A stretch of 64,000 nt of DNA. Source: Armatimonadota bacterium. GTDB taxonomy: Bacteria; Armatimonadota; UBA5829; DTLH01. The notes beneath the pieces are model-generated. The model was not told where the DNA came from. It saw only the letters and a program-made list of their open reading frames with translations, and searched no databases. Where the stretch lies: NCBI GenBank assembly GCA_038207085.1, contig JBBRAE010000005.1:20181-84180 (forward strand), written 5' to 3'. A program made the translations under genes and the position numbers. This document shows, piece after piece, positions 62,574 through 64,000 of the stretch. How positions within the stretch are numbered: position 1 is the stretch's first letter; the number at the start of each line of letters is the position of its first letter.

Positions 62574-64000
62574 ATGGCAACACCATCAGCAAGTAACAGT
62601 CTAAACTTCAGAGTCAAATACCCGAATCAGGTCGGAGGCCTCGCGATGCTCACAAGAGCAGTCGCCGACGCCGGAGGCAGCCTGGGTTCGATTGATATGG
62701 TCGAGTCCGATAGGAAATTCGTAGTCCGGGACATCCACATCGACTGCGTGGACTTTGAGCATGGCAAGAGCATTCTTGAGAAGATCAAGACGATGTCCGA
62801 TGTCGAGGTATTGCTCGTCACCGACAGAACCTTTGAGATGCACCTCGGCGGCAAGATCACCGTCGAGTCAAAGATTCCCTTGAAGCGCCGCGACGACCTC
62901 TCGATGGCCTACACACCTGGGGTCGCCCGGGTCTGCGAGGCCATAGCAGAGGACCCCGAGAAGGCGTTTTCGCTCACGATCAAGCACAACACAGTCGCCG
63001 TCGTCTCCGACGGAACCGCAGTGCTCGGCCTGGGCAACATCGGCCCCTACGCCGCGATGCCTGTTATGGAAGGCAAAGCGATGCTCTTCAAGGAGTTCGG
63101 CGGCGTCAACGCTTTCCCGATTTGTCTCTCTACCCAGGACCCAAAAGAGATCATTGCGGCCGTCAAAGCTATCGCGCCGGGCTTCGGTGGCATCAACCTC
63201 GAAGACATCTCCGCTCCGAACTGCTTTGAGATCGAAGACACGCTCGCCGCAGAGCTTGATATCCCCGTCTTCCACGACGACCAGCACGGCACAGCCGCCG
63301 TCACTCTTGCCGCGCTCATAAACGCGGCAAAGATCGTCGGCAAGGAACTTAAAAACATGCGGGCGGTGGTGATTGGCGCGGGAGCTGCGGGAGTCGCCTG
63401 CACCAAGATATTGCTGAACGCCGGAATCGGCGACGTGATCTCCTGCGACCGCGTGGGCGCGATCTACCAGGGCCGCGAAAAGGGGATGAACCCCGCCAAA
63501 GAGTGGCTCGCAAAGAACACCAACCGAGACAGCTACCAGGGTTGCTCCTGCGACGCGCTAAAGGGCGCCGACCTGTTCCTTGGAGTTTCCGGGCCGGGCC
63601 TGCTCTGCGCCGGTGACATCAAAACGATGGCCAAAGACCCGATCGTCTTCGCGCTCTCCAACCCGACGCCTGAGATTATGCCCGAAGAGGCGCAGATCCA
63701 CGCGCGAATCGTCGCGACCGGACGAAGTGACTACCCGAACCAGATCAACAACGTGCTCTGCTTCCCGGGCCTGTTCAAGGGGCTTCTGGGATGCGCGGCA
63801 AGGAAGGTTACTCAGGAGATGGTAGTCGCCGCAAGCTACGCCATCGCCGAAGTGGTCACGGAAGACGAGCTGAACGAAGACTACATCATCCCCAGCGTCT
63901 TTGACACCCGAGTCGCTCCGCTCGTCGCAAACGCCGTAGCCAAAGTCGCCCACGAGCAGGGACACGCCAGAAGAATCAGCAAGTCAGCGCTGAAGATTCA
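62574..64000 (+). CDS. NAD(P)-dependent malic enzyme with N-terminal ACT domain, 3'-truncated by the window edge
   Basis: Absent from the ORF track because there is no stop. Manual translation from the ATG at 62574 (2 nt after the metG TAA) reads ...MAYTPGVARVCEAIAEDPEKAFSLTIKHNTVAVVSDGTAVLGLGNIGPYAAMPVMEGKAMLFKEFGGVNAFPICL... Confidence 0.85.
   Translation, partial: MATPSASNSLNFRVKYPNQVGGLAMLTRAVADAGGSLGSIDMVESDRKFVVRDIHIDCVDFEHGKSILEKIKTMSDVEVLLVTDRTFEMHLGGKITVESKIPLKRRDDLSMAYTPGVARVCEAIAEDPEKAFSLTIKHNTVAVVSDGTAVLGLGNIGPYAAMPVMEGKAMLFKEFGGVNAFPICLSTQDPKEIIAAVKAIAPGFGGINLEDISAPNCFEIEDTLAAELDIPVFHDDQHGTAAVTLAALINAAKIVGKELKNMRAVVIGAGAAGVACTKILLNAGIGDVISCDRVGAIYQGREKGMNPAKEWLAKNTNRDSYQGCSCDALKGADLFLGVSGPGLLCAGDIKTMAKDPIVFALSNPTPEIMPEEAQIHARIVATGRSDYPNQINNVLCFPGLFKGLLGCAARKVTQEMVVAASYAIAEVVTEDELNEDYIIPSVFDTRVAPLVANAVAKVAHEQGHARRISKSALKI

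Noticed and set aside
1-64000. Searched by eye for tRNA/rRNA/CRISPR signatures (T-loop GTTCGAATC-type motifs, regularly spaced direct repeats with unique spacers).
   Set aside because: None found. The only regularly spaced short repeats are the 7-nt microsatellites and the MITE/REP families described, not CRISPR arrays.

Overview
This is a high-GC (roughly 60–65% by eye) bacterial chromosomal segment. Gene order is dense, the genes are mostly housekeeping, and there are many small interspersed repeats. I support about 55 protein-coding genes and find no rRNA, tRNA or CRISPR array.

Likely lineage. The window encodes an SLH-domain outer-membrane porin, a short BamA and SepF, with yggS-sepF-proC-yggT and ricT…metG synteny. 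Together these suggest a diderm member of the Terrabacteria (Armatimonadota-, Deinococcota- or Negativicutes-like). The exact lineage cannot be called without a database search.

Gene content (left to right).
- mazG with a fused tetrapyrrole-methylase-domain gene, a PpiC-type PPIase lipoprotein and a FliA/SigB-type sigma factor.
- pit with a DUF47/PhoU-like partner.
- The SLH porin and bamA.
- A DUF1015 gene with a large glycosidase-like unknown; tag; an RsbU-like PP2C; an FAD oxidase.
- A codon-atypical membrane protein with a GspG-like C-terminus.
- An aromatic amino acid operon (aroA-tyrA-aroF-hisC).
- An esterase / GH2 / GH42-like carbohydrate cluster.
- The yggS-sepF-proC-yggT-CPBP division-associated cluster.
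- A URO-D-family gene, then a gal operon in which a B12-binding radical-SAM gene sits between galT and galK.
- A TAT-exported aldo-keto reductase.
- A giant LVIVD beta-propeller surface protein split by one in-frame TGA.
- A Pmp-like beta-helix protein, an MBL hydrolase and a TPR protein.
- A REP-associated tyrosine transposase (RAYT) flanked by two REPIN copies.
- dtd, relA/spoT, recJ, secDF, ricT, an FmdB zinc ribbon, metG and a 3'-truncated ACT-malic enzyme.

Strongest hunt results.
- The gal operon carries an embedded B12-radical-SAM gene plus a previously unlisted 33-codon leader ORF behind a sigma70 promoter and a terminator-like leader hairpin.
- The stop codon inside the LVIVD repeat protein.
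- A RAYT/REPIN mobile unit.
- At least four further families of MITE/REP-like intergenic repeats; one abuts a truncated SDR pseudogene, and one lies inside the gal operon.
- Heptad TAG-containing tandem repeats directly after stop codons.
- A telomere-like G-quadruplex motif and G-free polypyrimidine tracts in intergenic DNA.

All calls rest on reading the sequence and on motif knowledge. No database searches were run.
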